DNA of 64,000 nucleotides, from the NCBI GenBank assembly GCA_021413905.1, contig JAIOPO010000001.1, positions 201,159 through 265,158 on the forward strand, in the 5' to 3' direction. Of the stretch, positions 13,106 through 22,134 are shown piece by piece. The position numbers and the translations under genes were made by a program. This DNA is from Candidatus Nomurabacteria bacterium. Its GTDB lineage: Bacteria > Patescibacteriota > Minisyncoccia > Phycocordibacterales > UBA9973. Position 1 is the stretch's first letter. Each line of letters starts with the position of its first letter. The notes below the pieces were generated by a model. It made no database searches. It saw only the letters and a list, made by a program, of their open reading frames with translations, and was not told the DNA's origin.

Positions 13106-13189
13106 TAGAAAAAAACATTAGATAAATTTGAATAATGCAAAGAATCAAAACAAAACCAATCGTAAGATATTCTTTTCTTATATTCATAG

Positions 13190-13261
13190 TGAGTGTGGAT
13201 GGAATCGGACCATCGACCTCTGTCTTATCAGGACAGCGTTCTACCACTGAACTACACACTC
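13190..13261 (-). tRNA. tRNA-Ile(GAT), CCA not encoded
   Basis: GAGTGTG acceptor stem; anticodon arm CTGTC-CTGATAA-GACAG; T arm GATGG-TCCGATT-CCATC. Confidence 0.93.
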
Positions 13262-13338
13262 AAATAAATTATTATTTATTAATAAAAATATAACAGAAAA
13301 AAACATTTTAAGCAAACACTTAAACTATTTTCTATTAA

Positions 13339-13374
13339 AAAACAAAAATCACCCTTTCGAGTGATTTTTGTTTT
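13339..13374 (-). terminator. Intrinsic terminator-like hairpin after the RRM gene
   Basis: 14-bp perfect stem aaaacaaaaatcac / gtgatttttgtttt. Confidence 0.65.
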
Positions 13375-13389
13375 AAATTTATAGAGAAA

Positions 13390-13734
13390 TTAGTATTCTC
13401 GGCGTCCACCGCGGTTTCCACCACCGTAACCACCATTACCTCCTCCGTATCCGCCTCCTGAACCACCTGTTCTTGGTGGACGAGCTTCCATAGGACGAGC
13501 TTCATTTACTGTAAGCTTACGGCCTTCGAATTCTTGACCATTAAACATAGAGACAGCACTTTGTGCTTCTTCATCTGTTGACATTTCAACGAATCCAAAA
13601 CCTTTTGAGCGACCAGACATTTTGTCCATGATAATCACAGCAGATGTAACATTACCTGCTTGTGCGAAGTGTTCTTTAAGAGCATCTTCTTGTGTACTGT
13701 AAGGTAAACCCCCTACATATAGCTTTGTAGCCAT
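13390..13734 (-). CDS. RRM RNA-binding protein with Gly-rich tail
   Basis: KLYVGGL (RNP2), KGFGFVEM (RNP1), GGGYGG tail; start at MATKL. Confidence 0.93.
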   Translation of the reverse strand: MATKLYVGGLPYSTQEDALKEHFAQAGNVTSAVIIMDKMSGRSKGFGFVEMSTDEEAQSAVSMFNGQEFEGRKLTVNEARPMEARPPRTGGSGGGYGGGNGGYGGGNRGGRREY

Positions 13735-13864
13735 TCTATTATTTCTTCCTTTTTTTACTAAAAAGGACAAAAACTATTTATAATATGTAGATACATTTAC
13801 CTACATTTTAATAATAACATATAAAAATATTTAAAACAATACCATTGTGAATAAATATTAAAAC

Positions 13865-14839
13865 TTAATCTTCATCACTTTCATCCCCTGTTTCACCGGA
13901 GTTTATAGCTTCTATTATTTCATCTATTTCGCCTTCCATTATTTTCGGTAAATTGTGCCAAGATTTTTTAATACGATGATCTGTAACACGATCTTGAGGG
14001 AAATTATATGTGCGAATTTTTTCTGAGCGGTCACCGGTGCCGATTTGGTTTTTTCTATCTCCTGAATATTTCTTTGCTTCTTCCTCTTCTTTTATCTGTT
14101 GCAATTTCGCAGTCAAAATCTGCATCGCTTTTTCACGGTTTCCTAGCTGTGTACGCTCTGAAGTACAACGTACATCTATACCTGTAGGCTTATGAATAAG
14201 ACGCACAGCAGTTTCAACCTTGTTCACATTTTGCCCTCCGGCACCACCAGAACGAGAATACTCCATATCGAGATCAGCAGGATTTATTTCAAATAATACT
14301 TTTTTGCGAATAGGTAAAATAGCCACAGACGCAGTAGATGTATGAACACGGCCGTTCTTCTCTGTACTTGGAATTCTTTGCACACGATGCACTCCTGTCT
14401 CATAACGAAGCATTTCATAGATTCCTTTTCCTTTTATTTCAAAACTTGCTTCTTTGTATCCACCAACGTCACTTTTAGATTCATAGTTTGTTTTCCAATC
14501 AAATTTTTTCCCTTCACAGAAAATCTCATACATATGTGCGAGCCTCCATGCAAAAAGAGAAGCTTCATCTCCTCCTGCACCAGCACGAACTTCGAGTACT
14601 ATTTCATTCACGAATTCTTCTTCTATTTTTTCTTTATCTAAAATATCTTGAATTTGTTTTTCTGTAGACTCTCTTTGTTCTTGGATTGATTTCAATTCTA
14701 CAGAAGCCATCTCATGTAGAGATTCATCACCATCCAACATCTCTCTAACTTCAGTTTCTTCTTTATTTAAACGTTCTAAAACACTCGCCAAATAGCTAGT
14801 CTTGTGATTTTTCTTTAGTTCGTCTAGATCTAGTTCCAT
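13865..14839 (-). CDS. prfA: Peptide chain release factor 1
   Basis: GGQNVNK; P-S-T tripeptide in [22 protein letters not shown]. Confidence 0.95.
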   Translation of the reverse strand: MELDLDELKKNHKTSYLASVLERLNKEETEVREMLDGDESLHEMASVELKSIQEQRESTEKQIQDILDKEKIEEEFVNEIVLEVRAGAGGDEASLFAWRLAHMYEIFCEGKKFDWKTNYESKSDVGGYKEASFEIKGKGIYEMLRYETGVHRVQRIPSTEKNGRVHTSTASVAILPIRKKVLFEINPADLDMEYSRSGGAGGQNVNKVETAVRLIHKPTGIDVRCTSERTQLGNREKAMQILTAKLQQIKEEEEAKKYSGDRKNQIGTGDRSEKIRTYNFPQDRVTDHRIKKSWHNLPKIMEGEIDEIIEAINSGETGDESDED

Positions 14840-14847
14840 AAAAAATA

Positions 14848-14950
14848 ATTGCGAACTATGCTTGTGTGGAGACTTGCGAGCGCGACTGGCGCGAGCACGA
14901 GGAATTTTTTAGCAAAAAAAATCCGTGCTCCACAGGAGCATGTTCGCAAT
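14848..14950. repeat. Intergenic multi-stem palindromic element, copy 2
   Basis: Outer arms attgcgaactatgcttgtgtggag / ctccacaggagcatgttcgcaat; inner agcacgaggaatttttt-agc-aaaaaaaatccgtgct. Confidence 0.8.
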
Positions 14951-14954
14951 AATG

Positions 14955-15176
14955 TTACTTCTTAGCTTTTACAGGAGCTGCAGCACGGCGCTTGTTAAAG
15001 CGGTCTACACGTCCAGCAGTATCCATTATCTTTTCGTTTCCAGTGTAAAAAGGATGACATTGACTACAGATTTCAACAGTAATATCTTTCAAAGTTGAGC
15101 CAACTTCAAAAACCGCTCCGCAAGCGCAAGTAGCCTTTGTTTTTATATCATATTTTGGGTGTATATCTTTTTTCAT
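14955..15176 (-). CDS. rpmE: 50S ribosomal protein L31 (zinc-binding type)
   Basis: [29 protein letters not shown]. Confidence 0.97.
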   Translation of the reverse strand: MKKDIHPKYDIKTKATCACGAVFEVGSTLKDITVEICSQCHPFYTGNEKIMDTAGRVDRFNKRRAAAPVKAKK

Positions 15177-15205
15177 AACTTTTTTATCTTATCATATTAT
15201 TAAAT

Positions 15206-15964
15206 TTAAGGCAAATCAGGCACTCTTTTCTCTGAAAAAGGGTTTGGATTATTCACCACTTCTTGCGAAGTTAATTCATAAATATGGTCAGCGGAATTTT
15301 TAAACTTTGCCCAACCACCACGAGCGCCAAGATAACCCGCAGATTTTACGGCACTGCGAACAGTTTCATTTTGCATATAATTCGGATATGCAAGAGTAGT
15401 AACTTTAATGCCGAGTTTATCTTCCAAAGTTTTTTTACTACCTTCTACTTCCTTTTTTAATTTAACAGCATCTAATTTTGTAAGCATTGGATGAGTTTCG
15501 GTATGAGAAGCAATTTCAAAACCTTTTGTCGTTAAGTCTTTCAAATTATCCCAATTCATATATGAACCATTTGTATTTTTTGAAATAATAAAAAAAGTTC
15601 CTGTGAAATGATATTTTTCTAAAATAGGCACTGCATAAGTATATTGTGTTTTCCAACCATCATCAAAAGTCAGTATCACTGCTTTTTCAGGCAATTCTGT
15701 ATTATTTTTTAGACTGTTTATATATGAATAAAAAGTAATTGGATGATAACCATTATCAGATAAATATTTCATTTGTTGTTCAAAAACTTTTTCAGTAACA
15801 CGATAATGTTTTTGCATAGCTGATTCTTTTTTAGAATGCGCAGGTCCAAATGAATGATATACAAGTATCGGAACATTATAAGGTTTTTTTATTTCTTTTG
15901 CAGACGCATTTAAAAAAGAAAAACAAAAAATAAATATTATTAAAAAGTAAAATGTTTTATTCAT
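15206..15964 (-). CDS. Secreted polysaccharide deacetylase (CE4/NodB family)
   Basis: Signal peptide; PILVYH, LTFDDGW, SHTETH, LAYP. Confidence 0.9.
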   Translation of the reverse strand: MNKTFYFLIIFIFCFSFLNASAKEIKKPYNVPILVYHSFGPAHSKKESAMQKHYRVTEKVFEQQMKYLSDNGYHPITFYSYINSLKNNTELPEKAVILTFDDGWKTQYTYAVPILEKYHFTGTFFIISKNTNGSYMNWDNLKDLTTKGFEIASHTETHPMLTKLDAVKLKKEVEGSKKTLEDKLGIKVTTLAYPNYMQNETVRSAVKSAGYLGARGGWAKFKNSADHIYELTSQEVVNNPNPFSEKRVPDLP

Positions 15965-15972
15965 AATTTTAA

Positions 15973-17343
15973 TTATTGTGTTGATAAGAAATCTATGTTT
16001 GTTTGTATATCTGTGGCTTTTTTCATAACACTTACGCCATACGGTGTGGTAACACTAGTACAAGATTTGCCTCCGCCATAATACCTACAAGCTGCTGTCT
16101 TTTCACTGGTATATGTGCCAGCATCAGCACCCAAATCTGCCAAGAAAACAGCGGAAGCCATAAATGCATCACGAGGTTCCCATGGATCTGGATTTGCAAC
16201 ATCTAAATATCTGGCGATTTTACTTTCAAGTCCGCTCCAAGTACTGGCAATGAATTGTGCAGGACCCATCGCTCCACCATAACCATATCCGCCAATAGGA
16301 CATGACACGAGAGTTTTATATGGATCACGCCCCAAGTCTTTTGTAATAGAAATAAATGGTGGTATGTCACGAGTTGGGTGCATAACATTTTTAAATATTT
16401 TTCCACTCTTTGAAGAAGCTCCTTCGCCTGTATCAAAATTGGTTAAATAACAAGAACCTTGATCTGTTCCCAGGTTACTCTCTTGTGTAAGTATAGCTAA
16501 AATAAATGCTGGGCGAACACCTGTCTTTTGTGAAGCTAAATTTGCATAATTCAACGCTGTACCGAAAGGAATTGCTTTTGTATCACGCAATTGGAAAAGA
16601 GCGGCGCGAATCTTGTCTGCTCTAACTTTTTTCTCAGCAGCCAACTTAGCATATTCGGATTCTTTTTGTTTTGAAATAGACAAAAGTTGCTTCTTTTCTG
16701 TTTCAGATTGCGCAACTTTCTTTTGAGCAGTTTCTAATTCTACTTTTGCATTTGTTTCAGCATCTTGTTTTGTTTGTAAATCTTTCTTCTGAACTTCAGT
16801 TTCAACCTTTACTCCAGTGATCAACTCAACTGATTTTTTTATTGCTTTTTTTATTGAAACATACGATTCTAAATCTGAATAAAAACTAGACATATTTTTA
16901 TCCGACAAAACTAAATGTACTAAATTTTCATTATCAAATTCATTTGTGTTGCGTAAAAGTTGAGCCAATGATTCATGTTCTCTGTCTATTTTGTCTGATA
17001 AAGCTACTATCTTTGTAGTTTTTTCTTTAATTGAAACTTTTAATTGAGCGATAACCAAAGCCCGCGCTTTTATTTTTGTTTTTAAAGCATTGATTTGACT
17101 GGTTAAATAATCAACATCGCCTTTTAGTGTACCAGTTTGTTTTTTTTGTTCATCTTGTTTTTTTAACAAGTCAGCAAGCTGTGCTTCTATTTGACTAAGT
17201 TCATTCCTACAAAAATCTTTATCGGATTGATTTGAAGAAGATGTCAAAGTGAGACAGTCAAAATCCGCAGATACTTTTTGTCCGGTAAAATAAAAACTTA
17301 TTAAAAATAATAAAATAAAAACTATGACTTTTTTGGATGTCAT
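15973..17343 (-). CDS. Secreted coiled-coil protein with C-terminal lytic transglycosylase domain
   Basis: Signal peptide from MTSKK (TGCTATAAT 7 nt upstream); long coiled coil; ILTQES catalytic Glu, GAMGPAQFIASTW, DPW. Confidence 0.85.
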   Translation of the reverse strand: MTSKKVIVFILLFLISFYFTGQKVSADFDCLTLTSSSNQSDKDFCRNELSQIEAQLADLLKKQDEQKKQTGTLKGDVDYLTSQINALKTKIKARALVIAQLKVSIKEKTTKIVALSDKIDREHESLAQLLRNTNEFDNENLVHLVLSDKNMSSFYSDLESYVSIKKAIKKSVELITGVKVETEVQKKDLQTKQDAETNAKVELETAQKKVAQSETEKKQLLSISKQKESEYAKLAAEKKVRADKIRAALFQLRDTKAIPFGTALNYANLASQKTGVRPAFILAILTQESNLGTDQGSCYLTNFDTGEGASSKSGKIFKNVMHPTRDIPPFISITKDLGRDPYKTLVSCPIGGYGYGGAMGPAQFIASTWSGLESKIARYLDVANPDPWEPRDAFMASAVFLADLGADAGTYTSEKTAACRYYGGGKSCTSVTTPYGVSVMKKATDIQTNIDFLSTQ

Positions 17344-17374
17344 AGTTTTTATTATAGCACAAATTTTTTTATTT

Positions 17375-18013
17375 TTATTCAGTAGCTGGAGCTTCTTCTT
17401 CTTTCTTACCTTTCTTTTCAACTTCAATTTTTGACAAGTCGATAGGCTCATTTGTAGTTTCTTTTTCTTCTTTTTGTTCAGCGATAGAAGCCACAACTTC
17501 ATTGTTTTTTGTAACCATTGTTACACCAGAAGGCAATGAAATATCAGAAACTAATACTTGACTGTGTAATTCTGCCAATTTTGATATATCAACAACCAAA
17601 TCATGAGGTAAGTCTTTTGGTAAAGCTTCTACTTCAACTTCATGAAGAACTTTTACCAAAGTACCAGAACCTCCTTTCACCGCTGGAGATACACCTTCAA
17701 AAACAAGAGGAATACTGACTTTTATTTTCTTATTTTTATCAACAACCAAGAAATCAACATGTATAGGTTCGTCTGTAATAGGATGAGTCTGAACTTCATG
17801 TATTAAAACATCAACATCACCAGAAGGAGTAGACAAAACAACAGTAGAAGATTCTCCAGCTTTTTGCCAAACTTTCTTAAATTCAACCTTAGAAACAGAA
17901 ATAGAAATAGTATCCTTACCAAGACCATAAAAAACAGCTGGTAATTCTGTACCCTTTCTCATTTCAGCCAAATTCTCGTTGGCGTCTCGATTTTTCGCAA
18001 TTAATTTAAACAT
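17375..18013 (-). CDS. rplY: 50S ribosomal protein L25 (long Ctc form)
   Basis: LPAVFYG, VQTHPITDEPIHVDF, ALPKDLP. Confidence 0.95.
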   Translation of the reverse strand: MFKLIAKNRDANENLAEMRKGTELPAVFYGLGKDTISISVSKVEFKKVWQKAGESSTVVLSTPSGDVDVLIHEVQTHPITDEPIHVDFLVVDKNKKIKVSIPLVFEGVSPAVKGGSGTLVKVLHEVEVEALPKDLPHDLVVDISKLAELHSQVLVSDISLPSGVTMVTKNNEVVASIAEQKEEKETTNEPIDLSKIEVEKKGKKEEEAPATE

Positions 18014-18048
18014 TTCAATATTATATACAAATTTATAAAAAATGCAAC

Positions 18049-19764
18049 TTATTGAGTTATGTGCTTTTCAACATATTCCTTGGTACCAATCTGACCCTTT
18101 AATAAAGGGACTTTTTTGCCGGGATTAAAGATATATTTTGGATCAAAGATTTCTTTTGTTTGTTTAAATAATTCCAATATTTTAGAATTATACATTTTAT
18201 TCAAAAATGGAGTACGGATAATACCATCATTATGTTCAGCAGTAATAGACCCACCTAAACTAGAAACCAAATCATAAACTTTTTCTGAAACATCCATAAC
18301 AATACTTTTGGTCATTGAGTCTTTTGTATCAAGTAATGTATAAATATGCATATTACCATCTCCAGCGTGACCGCCTACAGCAAAAGTCATTTTGTTTTTA
18401 TATTCACCCAATATTTTATAAAGAGATGGTAAAAATTCTGGTAAATACTCGGGACGAACTATGACATCATCTATAAATGCCTCAGACTTTTGTTTTTTCA
18501 GATGATAACGAATAAGATTAAAAGCTTCATGACGAATAGTCCAATATTTCTTTGCTTCAAATTCGTTCTTTGCCAAATGAACTCCGATTTTTTTTATATT
18601 TTTCAATTCAGTCAAAATATTATTTGTGTTTTTATTAGTTTCTTCTATTGTGTCACCTGTAAACTCTACAAGCATTATGAGTCGAGGGAAACCGTGACGC
18701 AAAGTCATCTTCGTTTCCGGACCAAAACTAAGTACAAGTTTAAAAAAGTTTTTAAATCCAAGTAATTTTATAAAACTATAAATATATTTTAAAACAAGCA
18801 AAAAAGTTTTGTCATCGTATGTTTCAATAGTCTGTGGATCATATTTTAAAATTTTATTAACTAAGTCTGGTAAAATACTAATATCTCGCAGAAAAATCAC
18901 GACTAAATTTGTATAAGGTTTTGGTTTCACTAATCTAAAAGTTATTTCTGTCACTATACCAAGTGTCCCCTGTGAACCAACGAGCAATTTATTTAAATCA
19001 AAATTATTTTCCTTTACTAGATTCCACAAATAATATCCTGCAGAATTTTTGTGTACATTTGGTTTTGCCTTTTTTATTTCTTCTTCATTATTTTTTAAAA
19101 TTTCATAAACTTTTTTAGAATATTCATCTTGTGTTGAAATTTCAGAAATAGGAACAGATTTTATAATTCTCTCTACTCCATCTGCAAAAACAATTTTTGC
19201 TTCTATTACATAGTCTTCAGTCTTTCCATATTGCAAAGTTCTTTCTCCTGCAGAATTATTGCCATACATACCACCCATGGCATTTAAACTTTTAGATGCA
19301 GTATAACAAGGCAAAATAAAACCTTTTTCTAAAGTTATTTTTTCAAAATCTCTGTAAAACATGCCGGGTTGAACGGTTATTAAAGCTTCGCCTATGTGCT
19401 TTTGCGAATGGTCTGGTTGAGACGAAGGCGACCCGAGGACCTGAGTAAAAGTACTAGGCGAAGCGGAAAAATTAATCAACTTATTCATATACTTAGTAAA
19501 ATCCAAAATTATAGATTCACCGATAGCACCTCCTGACATATCTGTGCCGGCACAACGAGGAGTTATAGATAAGTCTGGATATTTTTCTTTATTTTCACTT
19601 ACCCATTTCACTAAATTTTGCACATCTTCTGAATCTTTTGGAAAACAAACTACTTGCGGTCGCACTGTAAAAATACTCGCATCATGAGAATATTTCGAAA
19701 GCACTTCATCGTTATTCTCGATTTCTCCTTTGAAAATTTTTTGTAACTCGGATTTTAAATCCAT
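18049..19764 (-). CDS. FAD-binding oxidoreductase (GlcD/D-lactate dehydrogenase-like)
   Basis: PRCAGTDMSGG, GSQGTLG, GHAGDGNMH, AEHNDG..R, FDP..IFNPGK. Confidence 0.88.
   Translation of the reverse strand: MDLKSELQKIFKGEIENNDEVLSKYSHDASIFTVRPQVVCFPKDSEDVQNLVKWVSENKEKYPDLSITPRCAGTDMSGGAIGESIILDFTKYMNKLINFSASPSTFTQVLGSPSSQPDHSQKHIGEALITVQPGMFYRDFEKITLEKGFILPCYTASKSLNAMGGMYGNNSAGERTLQYGKTEDYVIEAKIVFADGVERIIKSVPISEISTQDEYSKKVYEILKNNEEEIKKAKPNVHKNSAGYYLWNLVKENNFDLNKLLVGSQGTLGIVTEITFRLVKPKPYTNLVVIFLRDISILPDLVNKILKYDPQTIETYDDKTFLLVLKYIYSFIKLLGFKNFFKLVLSFGPETKMTLRHGFPRLIMLVEFTGDTIEETNKNTNNILTELKNIKKIGVHLAKNEFEAKKYWTIRHEAFNLIRYHLKKQKSEAFIDDVIVRPEYLPEFLPSLYKILGEYKNKMTFAVGGHAGDGNMHIYTLLDTKDSMTKSIVMDVSEKVYDLVSSLGGSITAEHNDGIIRTPFLNKMYNSKILELFKQTKEIFDPKYIFNPGKKVPLLKGQIGTKEYVEKHITQ
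19385..19464. repeat. Palindromic element inserted in frame in the FAD oxidoreductase
   Basis: Arms gcttcgcctatgtgcttttgc / gtaaaagtactaggcgaagc; encodes most of SASPSTFTQVLGSPSSQPDHSQKHIGEA. Confidence 0.8.
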
Positions 19765-20630
19765 TAATTTATTCCATTAAAAAGTTTTAATCTTGCTTCA
19801 ACGACTTTTTCAATAGCATCCACTGCCGGCTGTAAAATCTTTGCCGGAGTTATTTCGGAAGGATTATCTTTCAAGGCCTGCTCGAGGGCTTCTCTGTATG
19901 CCAAACGAATTTCACTATTTATATGCACAATTGAAACACCTGCTTTGATAGCATTTGTAAAATCTTCATTACGAAGCCCTGAACCGCCATGAAGCACTAG
20001 TGGTATACCTGTCGCTTTTTTAATTTCTGCCACGAGCAGAGCATCAATGTGAGGCTTGCCAGTTTTTATAAGTCCATGAATACTGCCCACGGACGGAGCA
20101 AATAGATCAATACCTGTCATTTCCACGAATTTCTTTGCATCTTCGGGCTTGGTTAGAACTCCTGCGCCTTCTGGTATTTCATCGCGAATCACAGAACCAG
20201 AACCGATAAAACCGAGCTCAGCTTCTACTAAAATATCTCGTCCTGTATTTTTTGAAATTTCACGAGCATAATCCACACATTGTTTTGTTACTTTTGCATT
20301 TTCTTCAAAAGATAATTTTGCATTATCTATTATCACCATATCGAAACCCTCATCAATGCAAGCTTTCACAGATTCAAAACTCGCATGATGATCTGCATTT
20401 AAAAATATCGGATAACTATCCTTTTCACGCAAAGTTTTTACGAGCGTTGCTACTTCTTCAAGTCCGGCAAATTTTTCTTCTCCTTCTGATACACCAATAA
20501 TTACCGGTAAATTTAATTTCTTCGCCGCATTATAAATACCATGCAAAGCTTCTAAATTTGAAATATTAAAATGCCCAATCGCAACGTGCTTTTCCTCTGC
20601 TTCTTTTATACACTCTCGTAAAGTTTTCAT
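19764..20630 (-). CDS. fba: Class II fructose-bisphosphate aldolase
   Basis: NADHH, VEAELG, GSIHG, PLVLHGGSG. Confidence 0.92.
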   Translation of the reverse strand: MKTLRECIKEAEEKHVAIGHFNISNLEALHGIYNAAKKLNLPVIIGVSEGEEKFAGLEEVATLVKTLREKDSYPIFLNADHHASFESVKACIDEGFDMVIIDNAKLSFEENAKVTKQCVDYAREISKNTGRDILVEAELGFIGSGSVIRDEIPEGAGVLTKPEDAKKFVEMTGIDLFAPSVGSIHGLIKTGKPHIDALLVAEIKKATGIPLVLHGGSGLRNEDFTNAIKAGVSIVHINSEIRLAYREALEQALKDNPSEITPAKILQPAVDAIEKVVEARLKLFNGIN

Positions 20631-20637
20631 GATTAAA

Positions 20638-22113
20638 TTATAACATCTCTTTCAAAAGTTTTATAACTACCTGAGGATTTGCAGAACCTTTTGATTCTTT
20701 AATTATTTTACCAACCAAAGACATAATCGCATTTTCTTTACCTCCTTTATAAATAGCTACGACTTCAGGATTTTCATCAATCACTTTTTGAACAATTATT
20801 TTCAATTCACCCTCATCATTCTTTTGTAATAAATCTTTTTCGGTGGCGATTTTTAGCGGGCTCTCGTCGTTTAAAACAATCATTGCCAAAATATCTTTCG
20901 CGGCACGAGAAGAAATTTTATTTTCAAAAACTAAATTAATAAGTTCAGCAAAATTATTTTCACTTGGAAGTTTAGCATTTGGGTTAGATTTTTTTATACC
21001 TAGATAATCTGAAGTTATATAGTTTGATGCGGTTTTTATTTTCTCTTTATCGCTCAAAATTTTTGCCACACATTCAAACCATTTACCCAATTCCAGATCA
21101 TTTATATAAACTTCAATATCCTCATCTTTTATTCCGTAATCATTTTTATATCTTGCGCGTTTTTGAATAGGGGTTTCCGGCAATTCTTTTTTAATTTTTT
21201 CCAAATCAAAAGATTCATGGAGTTTCATTTTTGGTAAATCCGGATCCGGAAAATATCTGTAGTCTTGGCTACTTTCTTTTTTTCTCTGAGAAATAGTTTT
21301 TTGTTTATTTTCATCCCAACCGCGAGTCTCTTTTACTATTTCACCTTCCTTGCCTTCTTCAAAAAGTTCTATCATTCTATCCACTTCATATTTTATAGCC
21401 TTCTCAACGCTCTTAAATGAATTCAAATTTTTCACTTCCACATACGCAGTCCATTTTTTATCTTTATCTGGAGATACGGAAACATTCGCCTCTACACGCA
21501 TCTCGCCTTTTTCCATATTCGCTTCCGAAGCTCCCAAATACCAAAGCAACAACTGATATTCTTTTGCAAAATTACTCGCAGTTTTTGACGCATCTTCAGG
21601 ATTCTCAAATGTATGCGCTTCTGTCACGAGCTCCATCAACGGCACTCCCGCGCGATTGAAATCTACAAGGGAATATCCGCCCCCGATGTCGGACATATGG
21701 GAACCATTTGTCCGAGCATCGGGAGCATTATGATGCTTCGAAGTCCCCGTATCTTCTTCCAAATGTATCCTAGTTATATCCATATCCGCCAACTTTCCGC
21801 CGGAAACTATTGGATATTTATATTGTGAAATTTGATAGCCTTTTGGTATGTCCGGATAAAAATAATTCTTTCTATCGAATTCTGAAAAGTCCGCAATATT
21901 TGCATCGAGCGCCAACCCGACTTTGATAACATTCTCAATAGCCTTTTTATTCGCCACAGGCAAAGTCCCCGGATGCGCCATACAAACCGGACAAATATTC
22001 ACATTTGGCATATCCACATCAGGGTCATTCTTGCAAGAGCAAAACATCTTTGTCTTTGTGCTCAATTCTGCATGAATTTCCAGTCCTATTGTCGTGTAAT
22101 ACTTTTTTGACAT
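20638..22113 (-). CDS. gatB: Asp/Glu-tRNA amidotransferase subunit B
   Basis: GLEIHAEL, FDRKNYFYPD, HLEED, DFNRAGVPLMELV, DYRYFPDPDLP. Confidence 0.97.
   Translation of the reverse strand: MSKKYYTTIGLEIHAELSTKTKMFCSCKNDPDVDMPNVNICPVCMAHPGTLPVANKKAIENVIKVGLALDANIADFSEFDRKNYFYPDIPKGYQISQYKYPIVSGGKLADMDITRIHLEEDTGTSKHHNAPDARTNGSHMSDIGGGYSLVDFNRAGVPLMELVTEAHTFENPEDASKTASNFAKEYQLLLWYLGASEANMEKGEMRVEANVSVSPDKDKKWTAYVEVKNLNSFKSVEKAIKYEVDRMIELFEEGKEGEIVKETRGWDENKQKTISQRKKESSQDYRYFPDPDLPKMKLHESFDLEKIKKELPETPIQKRARYKNDYGIKDEDIEVYINDLELGKWFECVAKILSDKEKIKTASNYITSDYLGIKKSNPNAKLPSENNFAELINLVFENKISSRAAKDILAMIVLNDESPLKIATEKDLLQKNDEGELKIIVQKVIDENPEVVAIYKGGKENAIMSLVGKIIKESKGSANPQVVIKLLKEML
21679..21726. repeat. 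48-bp palindromic insertion in gatB (in frame)
   Basis: gcccccgatgtcggacatatgg-gaa-ccatttgtccgagcatcgggagc, encoding APDARTNGSHMSDIGG. Confidence 0.85.
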
Positions 22114-22134
22114 AATTTTAATTATACTATATTT

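Noticed and set aside
17344..17502. N-terminal extension of the lytic transglycosylase
   Set aside because: Overlaps the rplY 3' end; the signal peptide and -10 box support the start at 17343.
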